Shown piece by piece: positions 41,917 through 49,486 of a stretch of DNA of 49,486 nt. The notes under the pieces are model-generated. The model saw nothing but the letters and a program-made list of their open reading frames with translations, was not told the DNA's origin and ran no database searches. Origin of the DNA: a virus. Location of the stretch: positions 1 through 49,486 of IMG/VR virus record IMGVR_UViG_3300045257_000116; one strand, written 5' to 3'. The translations under genes and the position numbers were made by a program. The first letter of the stretch is position 1. Each line of letters begins with the position of its first letter.

Positions 41917-42456
41917 TCACTCGCCATCCACCGGCTTATTCTTGCTCTTGAATGGCTTCACATTCCCCGGCACGTCCTCGCCCGGTTCAGCCGCCGTCGC
42001 CGCACCATTATCCGCAACCGGGATATCGAGTTCCGGCTGCTCGGGATCGGGTTCGGCCGGCGCACGCTCGCCCATGAACTGCGCGACATCTGCGATCACG
42101 ATGATGCACGAATGCCCGGCGGCATCGAGCAGGGACAGCCGGTCGGGATGGTGCTTGGAAACGCGAACGACCGTCTTGATATCGTCCTTGAGTGCCGACT
42201 GCTCAACGCGGCCTTCGATGATCGGATAACCGTTCGCCGCGATCAGAAGCGCAGCCCGGCGTATCAGGTTCTCGGCGGCACTCTCGACGCCATAGATCAG
42301 ATCGCGCTGTTCGTTCTCGCTCATGACGGTCCATGGCTTCGGCATCGCTTTGAGCCGGTCAAGGATTACGTCGCGGATATCGCCCATCAGCGTATCTGAC
42401 GACATCACCAGTTCGACGCGCTTTTCCACGTCGCTGAGTTCTGCGGTTTCGGTCAT
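41917..42456 (-). CDS. Hypothetical protein (acidic C-terminal tail)
   Basis: 179-aa ORF with an ATGA overlap with the upstream gene. Confidence 0.6.
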   Translation of the reverse strand: MTETAELSDVEKRVELVMSSDTLMGDIRDVILDRLKAMPKPWTVMSENEQRDLIYGVESAAENLIRRAALLIAANGYPIIEGRVEQSALKDDIKTVVRVSKHHPDRLSLLDAAGHSCIIVIADVAQFMGERAPAEPDPEQPELDIPVADNGAATAAEPGEDVPGNVKPFKSKNKPVDGE

Positions 42457-42692
42457 TTGTCTTCCTCTGGTTGTTCATGCGTTGAATTACCCGCGCCGGG
42501 TGCATGAGGTTCAGCGGCGGTTTCGCGCTGGATCAAAACCGACCAGCGATGATGATGTGTCTCGGCCTGTTCGATCACGCGCCAACCGCTCGGAATATCT
42601 TTGCCGCGCGGATGCCGCATGAATTCGGTAATCACTCCGTAAACCCATGCATGACGTATTGCCGCCAAACCGCATCGGCCAAGCGCCTGCAT
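42453..42692 (-). CDS. Hypothetical protein
   Basis: 79-aa ORF. The start is uncertain. Confidence 0.4.
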   Translation of the reverse strand: MQALGRCGLAAIRHAWVYGVITEFMRHPRGKDIPSGWRVIEQAETHHHRWSVLIQRETAAEPHAPGAGNSTHEQPEEDK

Positions 42693-42762
42693 TCTGCCTG
42701 CGTTTTGAGCGGGAATTTCTCAGCCAGTTTGCGGACGAGCGCGTCGGTGAATTCGCCTTTGG

Positions 42763-43773
42763 TCATTCCGCCGCCTCTATGGCTAAGGTTTCATCGAGCG
42801 GGCGGTTTTCTCCGAAATCCATAGCCGCTTGCTCGACCTCGCGACGGCCTTCATAGGCCACTTGGATATTCTTCACCGCCTGCCGGTAATAGGACGGCTT
42901 CAATTCAATGCCGACGCCCTTCCGGCCGCCCGTGAGTGCGCCATATACCTCGCTGCCGACGCCCATGAACGGGGTGAGAAGCGTCTCGCCTGGGTTGCTC
43001 CAAAGCGTGACAACGCGATCAATCACGTCAAGCTGTAAAGCATGGACGTGTTTTTCGTCTTCTTCGTCCTTGGCCTCGCGGAAGGGCAGGACGCGACCGA
43101 TCCTAACGTCATCCCAGAAAGCCGACGCATAGTTGCGCCAAATCCAGTGAGAGTATCGGTTCTCGATCTGGTTTCCGGTCCAGCCGCGATATTTTAGCAA
43201 TTCGGTCGGCATCTTGCGTTCGCCGGCATATTCCATGAGGCCGGTCGGATGCGTGATGGGGATCTGATTCTGTCCGCTACGGCGAAACACCAGAAGATAG
43301 TCGGCCGACGCCACGCTGCAGCGAGAGCTGTCCTCGACCAACGAACGGTGCGCGAGGTTTTTTGCCATCGTGCGATTTCGGACGGCAAGGGGTTCCTTCC
43401 ATATCGCGTATCGCGCGATGAAATTCCATCCGGACTTCTCATGCAGTCGGATGATGTCGCCGGGAAAATCGATCAGATGGTCCGTTCCTGAATTCCCGCT
43501 CGGCACGTCCATGCAATGAACCGCGGTCATCCGGCCTGGCAGGGTCAGCCGATGGAGTTCGCGAACCACATAACCATAATGCTCAAAGAACTGGTCATAG
43601 TCGCGGCAGTTCGATAGATCGCGTTCGCTGGACGAGTAGCAGAACAGGCCCCCGAACGGAGGGGAATACAGAGAAAGATGGATACTTTCATCGCGGAAAG
43701 CCTTCATCGTTTCGATGCAGTCGCCGTTATAGATGGCATACCGGTCTGTTACCTTTTGATCTATTGCAACCAT
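42763..43773 (-). CDS. DNA N6-adenine / N4-cytosine methyltransferase (beta class)
   Basis: 336 aa. Motif IV, LYSPPFGG, is near the N-terminus and motif I, TPFMGVGSE, near the C-terminus (the order of beta-class amino-methyltransferases). No cognate restriction gene was found. Confidence 0.8.
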   Translation of the reverse strand: MVAIDQKVTDRYAIYNGDCIETMKAFRDESIHLSLYSPPFGGLFCYSSSERDLSNCRDYDQFFEHYGYVVRELHRLTLPGRMTAVHCMDVPSGNSGTDHLIDFPGDIIRLHEKSGWNFIARYAIWKEPLAVRNRTMAKNLAHRSLVEDSSRCSVASADYLLVFRRSGQNQIPITHPTGLMEYAGERKMPTELLKYRGWTGNQIENRYSHWIWRNYASAFWDDVRIGRVLPFREAKDEEDEKHVHALQLDVIDRVVTLWSNPGETLLTPFMGVGSEVYGALTGGRKGVGIELKPSYYRQAVKNIQVAYEGRREVEQAAMDFGENRPLDETLAIEAAE

Positions 43774-45161
43774 GATGGGATTTCCTCCTGCTTGGTGAAA
43801 TTGACGCTGCGACTAACGCCTACGGCTTGGTTCATATGCGCGACCAAGCCAGCGAACATTTTGTCAGCCGCGACGGATTTGCGCTGAAGATTGGAAAGAA
43901 TGTCTTTCTCGCCTTCCGTGGTCACAATGTCGGACACGACTTCTTGCGTTTGTCCGAACCGCCAGCAACGCCGGATGCTCTGGTAGTAGCTTTCAAACGA
44001 ATGAGTGGGGAACGAGACGGAGTGCGCGCAATGCTGAAAATTGAGACCCCATGCGCCAATCTTGTCCTTCGTGATCAGCACGCGCGCCTTGCCGTCGATA
44101 AAGGCCAGGAATTTTTCTTCCTTCGCCTCTTCGCTATCCTTGCCGCTCACCTGAATGGCGTCGGGGATTGAGCGTTCGAGAATATCGCCTTCGTCATTGA
44201 GATGGCACCAGACAATTGCGGGATTGCCCGTGCCGTTGACCAGCCCGGCCGCGCGCTCGCATCGCTCATCGATCGTGCGTCGCCGTTCCTCTCGCTGTTC
44301 TGCCAAGCCGTGCGCCGGCAGTGCGAACAACATGCCCTCTGGCTTCTTGTGCGTCTCGACTTGGTGCTGACGCTCGATCAGCTGAGGCAGGATGAACGCC
44401 CCATCGACAAAGCCAAGGTCGGACGGCTTGCGGACAGCACGCGCCCATGAGCAAACCCATTGCCAGAACGGTGCCTCGGCATGACCCTTGAACCGCCACT
44501 TGGCGTTGTCGTCGAGCTTTGTATAATTCTTGCCGCGATCACGGCGCACCATCGGCTTGATCGAATTTCCCTGATCGTTTTTGAAGAAGCGCGACAGCAT
44601 GTCCATGTAGCCGAGATAGCCCAGCGCCTCGCTTGACGTGCCGAGTTCAATATATTCATTCGGTGATGGCGTAGCAGTGCAAAGCAGGCGATACCGCATC
44701 TTCCGCATGAAGTCGGTTATCTCTTGCCGCCGAACGCCATCGAACGATTTCAGGATCGCGCTTTCGTCACAGACAGCGCCAGCAAAATCGTTAGGATTGA
44801 AATAGTGCAACCGTTCGTAGTTGGCGACATTGATTCCTGGCCGGACAACGCCATCGCGCGACAGACATGCCTCGATACCGAATTTCTCAGCCTCGCGAAC
44901 CGTCTGCGTTGTGACCGCATTCGGAGCCAGGATGATAACCGGCTTGTTCGTATGCCGCACAACCTGATCGGCCCATGCGAGTTGCATCGGCGTCTTGCCC
45001 ATGCCGCAATCCGCGAAGATCGCCCCGCGCCCTTTCCTGACAGACCAATCGACCAGCGATTGCTGAAAGTCGAATAGGAATGACGGCATTGTTTTCGGCG
45101 CAAATCCGTCATCTGTGCCGGTGTGCGTTTTGCCTAACAGGAATTCTGCGTAATCGCTCAT
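43761..45161 (-). CDS. SNF2/DEAD-like superfamily 2 helicase
   Basis: 466 aa with Walker A ADCGMGKTPMQL, motif II VCDESAILK, and C-terminal helicase motifs (LITKDKIGAWGLNFQ, QSIRRCWRFGQ). Confidence 0.8.
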   Translation of the reverse strand: MSDYAEFLLGKTHTGTDDGFAPKTMPSFLFDFQQSLVDWSVRKGRGAIFADCGMGKTPMQLAWADQVVRHTNKPVIILAPNAVTTQTVREAEKFGIEACLSRDGVVRPGINVANYERLHYFNPNDFAGAVCDESAILKSFDGVRRQEITDFMRKMRYRLLCTATPSPNEYIELGTSSEALGYLGYMDMLSRFFKNDQGNSIKPMVRRDRGKNYTKLDDNAKWRFKGHAEAPFWQWVCSWARAVRKPSDLGFVDGAFILPQLIERQHQVETHKKPEGMLFALPAHGLAEQREERRRTIDERCERAAGLVNGTGNPAIVWCHLNDEGDILERSIPDAIQVSGKDSEEAKEEKFLAFIDGKARVLITKDKIGAWGLNFQHCAHSVSFPTHSFESYYQSIRRCWRFGQTQEVVSDIVTTEGEKDILSNLQRKSVAADKMFAGLVAHMNQAVGVSRSVNFTKQEEIPSWLQ

Positions 45162-45343
45162 CTCCCCGCCCCACCCGGCAACCCGAAATGTGCCCTCAAG
45201 ATCGCATCCACCGCAGGCCCTGAATACCCATGCGGATATTCATCGATCTTCGCCGCGACATCGGGCGACAATCTGAGGCTACGGGTTACGCGGTCGGTGT
45301 GCGGCTTCCTGCGTTTCGATACCGGCTTATTTTTAGTCGTCAC
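45158..45343 (-). CDS. Small basic protein, ribbon-helix-helix-like (first gene of the leftward arm)
   Basis: 61 aa. RSLRLSPDVAAKIDE resembles an RHH beta-strand plus helix. ATGA overlap with the helicase start. Confidence 0.4.
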   Translation of the reverse strand: MTTKNKPVSKRRKPHTDRVTRSLRLSPDVAAKIDEYPHGYSGPAVDAILRAHFGLPGGAGR

Positions 45344-45394
45344 TTTGCATCCCCGCGTATGTGAGGATGAATTCGTAATTGATAATTATTTTTG

Positions 45395-45444
45395 CGTCAA
45401 TCTAATAATATCTGTTGACAGGGGCTTAAGCCCTGGACTATCAA
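45395..45444. promoter_or_regulatory. Back-to-back divergent promoter candidates with a palindromic operator
   Basis: Plus strand: TTGACA (45415..45420), 18 nt, TATCAA (45439..45444), with the perfect 12-bp palindrome GGGCTTAAGCCC (45422..45433) in the spacer. Minus strand: TTGACG (45400..45395), 17 nt, TACGAA. The surrounding intergenic region is AT-rich. Confidence 0.45.
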
Positions 45445-45471
45445 TAGGCCATCGAAACGAACGCAACCGGG

Positions 45472-45675
45472 ATGGATCAGATGGCAAACGGACCAGCGCT
45501 TAGTGTTACCGGCATCACCAAGGCTCACGCGACGCGGGCCATAAAGTGGATGAAGGATCGCAGCCTTTTGGCCTTCTATCGCGCCGACGACAAATCGCTC
45601 AACGCCTTCGAATTCAAGCATGGCGCGGAGTGGACTGATAAGGCGATGCGCGATGCCTTGGACGCCACGCGGTGA
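45472..45675 (+). CDS. Hypothetical protein (first gene of the rightward arm)
   Basis: 67-aa ORF. An alternative ATG lies at 45481. Confidence 0.5.
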   Translation: MDQMANGPALSVTGITKAHATRAIKWMKDRSLLAFYRADDKSLNAFEFKHGAEWTDKAMRDALDATR

Positions 45676-45998
45676 GCACATATTGTACACACTGTGGCGT
45701 CGTCTCGCGCAACGCATGTTCCGACTACAAGAAAGAGTATCTTGCTGACGAACTGCGGCGATGCCCCAATTTACCGGACAGCCAGCGCGCCAATACACTG
45801 TTCGGCGCTGGCTTCCCAGATGCCGCGCAGGCCATAGAGGATCGTGAGGCGGCTGAGAACCAAACGACTGAGCGTCAGCATATTCTTGCGGAGTTGATGC
45901 GGATCATTGAATTGATTGACCAGCCTAACGTCGCGCCCGAAATCAAGGCGGCGATCAAAATCGCCAATGATTTATACGAGCGGCTCGACGACAACTGA
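45672..45998 (+). CDS. Hypothetical protein
   Basis: 108-aa ORF with a GTG start in a GTGA overlap with the upstream stop. Confidence 0.5.
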   Translation: MSTYCTHCGVVSRNACSDYKKEYLADELRRCPNLPDSQRANTLFGAGFPDAAQAIEDREAAENQTTERQHILAELMRIIELIDQPNVAPEIKAAIKIANDLYERLDDN

Positions 45999-46025
45999 TT
46001 TTCATCCCAACCCAACGGAGTCCCC

Positions 46026-46529
46026 ATGTCCATGATCGACCGCAAAACCCTACTCGACAATCTGTGCGCGGATATCACCAGCTCGGGCGAAATCGCATCC
46101 GCGCAATACCGCCGCCGCATGATGCTCAACCGGGCAAAACGGCAGGCGGCGGAACTGACGAACATTCCTGACGCCGGTTCTCTGGCTGACGTTCATAAGG
46201 CGCTCGCCGATCTGGCCGAGGCGAAGATGAATTGGGCCGCGCATCTGGCCGGCCCTTATGGCGACGGCTGGTTCAACGCCCGCAAGGTCGCCGCGATCAT
46301 TTCCGATAAGCGCGTCATCGCCCTAGCCGCGATCCGCCGGTACAAGCTCTATCGCGACAATGCTCCGGTCCATCGCATTGCCGATCCGATCGACCTTCCC
46401 GGCGCGCTCGGCAAGGCGCTGATTTTGGGCGGTCGCTTCGATGGTAACGAGTGGCGTTATATCGTCGCCGTTGGCGAGCGGTTCGAAGAATTTCCGGGCG
46501 CTGTGTCCGGCTCGATCCGGGTGGTTTGA
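46026..46529 (+). CDS. Hypothetical protein
   Basis: 167-aa ORF. Confidence 0.55.
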   Translation: MSMIDRKTLLDNLCADITSSGEIASAQYRRRMMLNRAKRQAAELTNIPDAGSLADVHKALADLAEAKMNWAAHLAGPYGDGWFNARKVAAIISDKRVIALAAIRRYKLYRDNAPVHRIADPIDLPGALGKALILGGRFDGNEWRYIVAVGERFEEFPGAVSGSIRVV

Positions 46530-46531
46530 TC

Positions 46532-46744
46532 ATGACAACAGGAATGATCACCGCTGCCGGACTTGCGGTTATGGGATTTCGCCCTGGTGATCGGATTGGC
46601 ATGGCGGGAAAATCCAATCGCCATCGCTTTCTTGTTCGCCAGATCGTCGGCAATAGCCAAATGAGCGTTGCCGAATTCATCCGGCCGTCCAAGGGATTCG
46701 CGCGGCATGTCCGGCGCATGAAGGCTGCGAGGAAGTCCAAATGA
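46532..46744 (+). CDS. Hypothetical protein
   Basis: ORF 46451..46744 trimmed to ATG 46532, just after the upstream stop. 70 aa. Confidence 0.45.
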   Translation: MTTGMITAAGLAVMGFRPGDRIGMAGKSNRHRFLVRQIVGNSQMSVAEFIRPSKGFARHVRRMKAARKSK

Positions 46745-46995
46745 GCGAGATGATTGAGGCCGTCGCACGCGCTATCGGTCGCGTCCATCAATACGGCGGA
46801 TCGTACATTGCGCCGGATGGTTCGCAGCATGATGAAGTTCCCTGGAAATTATATATCGAACATGCAAGGGCCGCTATCGAGGCCATGCGTGTCCCGACCG
46901 TGGCGATGTCAAAGGCCGGGCAGGGCGATATTTCTGGATGGGATGCCGATGCCGATGTCATTTGGCACGCCATGATCGACGAGGCCCTAAAATGA
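46741..46995 (+). CDS. Hypothetical protein
   Basis: 84-aa ORF with an ATGA overlap. Confidence 0.55.
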   Translation: MSEMIEAVARAIGRVHQYGGSYIAPDGSQHDEVPWKLYIEHARAAIEAMRVPTVAMSKAGQGDISGWDADADVIWHAMIDEALK

Positions 46996-47387
46996 CCCGC
47001 GGCAAAGAGCGCAAAAAAGCCAACCGCCCCGCATGTGGTCACGATGCCCGCGCGGCACTCGGCGTCGAACGGCTCAACCTCGAAGTGCGTGAAGGCCAAC
47101 CCGCATACGTCCTGCGCCGGTTCACGGTCGATGGCATCGCGATGCATGAGCGCGCATGTAAGAACTGCGGCGGGACGTTCGAATGCTTGGCGAGTTCGCG
47201 GCGGGAATTCGGTGACAAGCCATGCAAGGCCGACAACCTCAAGCGCAGGCAATCGCGCGGGCTGTATGTGATCGATGCTCTGTTGGAATGGCGCGCAACT
47301 CGGACGCCGGAAGCACTGTCCGAACTGTGCCGTCGCGGCGGCTTCATGCTCGATCAGGATAAGGCGGCGGGGAGGCCGTCGTGGTGA
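46992..47387 (+). CDS. Hypothetical protein (CKNCGG zinc-ribbon-like motif)
   Basis: ORF 46938..47387 trimmed to ATG 46992 (ATGA overlap). 131 aa. Confidence 0.5.
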   Translation: MTRGKERKKANRPACGHDARAALGVERLNLEVREGQPAYVLRRFTVDGIAMHERACKNCGGTFECLASSRREFGDKPCKADNLKRRQSRGLYVIDALLEWRATRTPEALSELCRRGGFMLDQDKAAGRPSW

Positions 47388-47396
47388 GCGCTACGA

Positions 47397-47537
47397 TCAC
47401 AACCCCGACCGCCGATCCCCCTCCGTAAAAAGCGCATTCCCGTTCCGCCGCGCAAACCTTCCGGCAATCCGCACGAGATACCAAACGCCGGCCGTCACGA
47501 ATACGCCAGTAGCCAGGCCGACATAAAAGCCGGTCAT
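47397..47537 (-). CDS. Small single-TM protein coupled to the XRE regulator (46 aa, below ORF-track cutoff)
   Basis: Hand translation: MTGFYVGLATGVFVTAGVWYLVRIAGRFARRNGNALFTEGDRRSGL. Its ATG overlaps the XRE stop (ATGA). Confidence 0.4.
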   Translation of the reverse strand: MTGFYVGLATGVFVTAGVWYLVRIAGRFARRNGNALFTEGDRRSGL

Positions 47538-47755
47538 GTGAGCGGTGGGGGATAATGGTCCAGCTCGGCAGCAATCGCATATATCGCCAGCTTCGTGCGG
47601 ATATCGATCGACACCTTGTCATTCTCAAGGAAGCTCATCGAGTTCTGATTGATCCCCAGTTTCTTCGCGAGGTCGATCTGCGACATCCTGCGCGCGACAC
47701 GAAACGCCTTGATTTGCGCGCCTGTCATTCCCGATGGTTTACCGCGTCCAGACAT
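47534..47755 (-). CDS. XRE-family HTH transcriptional regulator (Cro/CI-like)
   Basis: 73 aa. MTGAQIKAFRVARRMSQIDLAKKLGINQNSMSFLENDK is a classic HTH_3 pattern. It is transcribed opposite to its neighbours. Confidence 0.8.
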   Translation of the reverse strand: MSGRGKPSGMTGAQIKAFRVARRMSQIDLAKKLGINQNSMSFLENDKVSIDIRTKLAIYAIAAELDHYPPPLT

Positions 47756-47921
47756 TGTGCGCCCTCAAAATAAATTCATTAACATTGACAAAATTCGCTT
47801 GACGTTCGGAACAATCGCGCCGCATATATTCGCTTAATGATGTTGCGCGGTGATCGGTCGTTCGAATGGTTAAGACCGGCAGCGCGGGAAATGTTCGATT
47901 AACGGAATAGGAGTCCCGATT
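47756..47921. promoter_or_regulatory. Divergent regulatory region with repeated half-sites
   Basis: TTGACA (47785..47790) and TTGACG (47799..47804) lie upstream of CATATA/TATATT (47823..47830). There is a direct repeat ATTCGCTT(G/A)A at 47793 and 47829. GTTCG motifs occur at 47804 (GTTCgGAAC), 47859 (within TTCGAA) and 47893. Confidence 0.4.
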
Positions 47922-48212
47922 ATGTCTGATATCAGCAATGCCGTCGAAATCATCCGCGCCAGGCTTAACGAGATAGCCGCCGTCACTGGCCCGAATGCAA
48001 AAGTCACCGTTTACATATCGTCGGGCGATCAGGCCGGTTTTCCTGGCTATGGCTACATCACGCCCGGATACCGCAAAGGCGAAGATGCACTCTATGCATG
48101 GAACGCGCCGACCATCGAAGGCATGTTCGATAAGCTGATGGATATCGGCACGAAGCACGTCGCCAATCGTCGCGTCATGACGGCGGCGGATTTGGGCGAG
48201 TTCCCGGCATGA
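47922..48212 (+). CDS. Hypothetical protein
   Basis: 96-aa ORF with AGGAG 8 nt upstream of the ATG. Confidence 0.6.
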   Translation: MSDISNAVEIIRARLNEIAAVTGPNAKVTVYISSGDQAGFPGYGYITPGYRKGEDALYAWNAPTIEGMFDKLMDIGTKHVANRRVMTAADLGEFPA

Positions 48213-48397
48213 GCATCGACTATTCAAATATTCAGAAGTTTACGCGCGATGTGGTTGAGCCCGCCATCGAACCGCCTGACTTGCTGGAATCGGCAGTCGG
48301 CTGGATCGCGGAAAATCTGGACCCCGAAGATGTTTTCTCGGACGCGGCTCTGCGTCTTTGGGCAAAAGATAACGGGTTAGTCGAGGATGAAGAATGA
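48209..48397 (+). CDS. Hypothetical acidic protein
   Basis: 62-aa ORF with ATGA overlaps on both sides. Confidence 0.55.
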   Translation: MSIDYSNIQKFTRDVVEPAIEPPDLLESAVGWIAENLDPEDVFSDAALRLWAKDNGLVEDEE

Positions 48398-48903
48398 CCG
48401 ACTTCAACCGCGCCCTCACAACACACCTCGCCGCTATCCGCCCGCTCGCCCGATACCTCGCCAGGAACCAGCCCGACGCCGACGATCTGATCCAAGAAAC
48501 CGCCGAGCGTGCGTTGCTGGCCCGAGACAAAGGCAGCTATGTCGAAACCGGCAAGATGCGCGAATGGCTGATTTGTATCCTGTATAATCGGTTCAAGCGG
48601 ATGAAGCGGAACGAGACGCGCAATCGGGTCGTGACGTTCGAATGGCTGAACGAGATCGATGTTGCCGACGAGTTCAATGCGCCGGCCGCATATTACAGCG
48701 CCGTCCTTGAAGACATGCGCGCGGCATTGGAGCGGATCAGGACCGAGCATTCGTCCGCGCTTCTGCTCGACGCGCTCGGGTTTTCGTATGACGAAATCGC
48801 GGAGAGGCATCAGATCCCCATGGGCACAGTTAAGAGCCGTTTGAACCGAGCGCGGGAGAAGATACGGGCCGAGGTTGAGGGTGTTGAGAGGGTGGCGGCA
48901 TGA
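48394..48903 (+). CDS. ECF-type (group 4) sigma-70 family RNA polymerase sigma factor
   Basis: 169 aa. The region 2-like segment is DADDLIQETAERALL...WLICILYNRFKR and the region 4 HTH is LGFSYDEIAERHQIPMGTVKSRLNRAREKI. Confidence 0.75.
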   Translation: MTDFNRALTTHLAAIRPLARYLARNQPDADDLIQETAERALLARDKGSYVETGKMREWLICILYNRFKRMKRNETRNRVVTFEWLNEIDVADEFNAPAAYYSAVLEDMRAALERIRTEHSSALLLDALGFSYDEIAERHQIPMGTVKSRLNRAREKIRAEVEGVERVAA

Positions 48904-49466
48904 CGGGCGATGATATGGAGGAATGGCGGGTAATTTCTGACTTTCCCTCTTATTCAGTGAGCAGCCTTGGTCAAGTTAAAAGGATCAAGACGGATGCTCG
49001 TGGTCACAGGGTAACCGGAATTCCGCTGAAGCCATCGCCATCAACAAGCGGATATCTCTTTGTTTCTCTTTGCGACGGGAAGGGTCGAAAATCTGTACGC
49101 ATAAATCGGTTGGTGTGTCGCGCCTTCCACGGCGAGCCGCCGACATCGAAGCATCACGCCGCTCACAACAACGGACATAACCACGATAATAATAAAGACA
49201 ATTTGAGATGGGCCACTGGCGTCGAAAATGAAGCTGACAAACGCATTCATGGGACCGCGCGCATCGGTGATCGCCACTGGTCTAAGTCGATGCCGGAACG
49301 TAGGTCCAAAGGCGAGCGCCACGGACGGGCAAAGCTTACTGATGCAGACATTCCAAAGATACGCGCCGACACAAGATTTCAGCGTGCCATCGCAAAAAGC
49401 TATGGCGTTTCGCAAAGGGCAATTTGGATGATTAAAACTGGGAAAACATGGAGGCATGTGCGGTGA
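48900..49466 (+). CDS. Free-standing HNH homing-type endonuclease (NUMOD4 + HNH_3-like)
   Basis: 188 aa. WRVISDFPSYSVSSLGQVKR is NUMOD4-like and AAHNNGHNHDNNKDNLRWATGVEN is HNH_3-like. There is a C-terminal HTH-like tail. The 3' end lies in the terminal repeat. Confidence 0.75.
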   Translation: MTGDDMEEWRVISDFPSYSVSSLGQVKRIKTDARGHRVTGIPLKPSPSTSGYLFVSLCDGKGRKSVRINRLVCRAFHGEPPTSKHHAAHNNGHNHDNNKDNLRWATGVENEADKRIHGTARIGDRHWSKSMPERRSKGERHGRAKLTDADIPKIRADTRFQRAIAKSYGVSQRAIWMIKTGKTWRHVR

Positions 49467-49486
49467 CAATTAAATACCACAACGAT
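49360..49486. repeat. Terminal direct repeat, copy 2 of 2 (127 bp)
   Basis: Identical to 1..127. Confidence 0.95.

Noticed and set aside
1-49486. Integrase, excisionase, attP, ParAB, toxin-antitoxin pairs, reverse transcriptase / DGR, and CRISPR-Cas or anti-CRISPR signatures.
   Set aside because: I looked through all ORF translations and found no tyrosine or serine recombinase, RT or partition ATPase motifs. Small hypothetical ORFs cannot be excluded as anti-defence genes without searches.

Overview
The window is a complete or near-complete genome of a dsDNA tailed phage with contractile-tail architecture, written out linearly. The first 127 bp are identical to the last 127 bp, so the unique sequence is 49,359 bp and the genes at the two window ends are neighbours.

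A divergent promoter region at about 45.34-45.47 kb drives two arms.

(i) Leftward (-) arm, almost gapless from 45343 down to 7203:
- RHH-like regulator, SNF2-type helicase, beta-class DNA amino-methyltransferase, TGT/DpdA-like protein, VRR-NUC nuclease, HNH nuclease, CHC2 primase / P4-type helicase, and small genes.
- Terminase small and large subunits, portal, MuF-like head protein, a (Tyr/Ser/Asp)-Gly dipeptide-repeat protein, a 739-aa Nudix-containing scaffold/protease-like fusion, capsid and connector proteins.
- Sheath, tube, a frameshifted chaperone pair, tape measure with a lytic transglycosylase domain, baseplate (hub, V, W, J, I-like) and fibre.
- Six consecutive envelope-targeted proteins, ending at an intrinsic terminator (7115-7149).

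(ii) Rightward (+) arm (45472 -> 49466 -> junction -> 5008):
- Small early genes and an oppositely oriented XRE regulator island.
- An ECF-type sigma factor, a NUMOD4/HNH endonuclease and a YqaJ-type exonuclease.
- An aGPT-pyrophosphorylase-like putative DNA hypermodification enzyme and a low-GC DUF3800-like gene.

Where the arms converge (4.2-7.2 kb) lies an accessory patch with an IS1595-family transposase. No integrase, tRNA, rRNA or CRISPR array was seen.

All functional calls rest on motif and architecture recognition by eye. None was checked by a database search, and many ORF-track starts were trimmed using ATGA/GTGA overlaps with the upstream gene.
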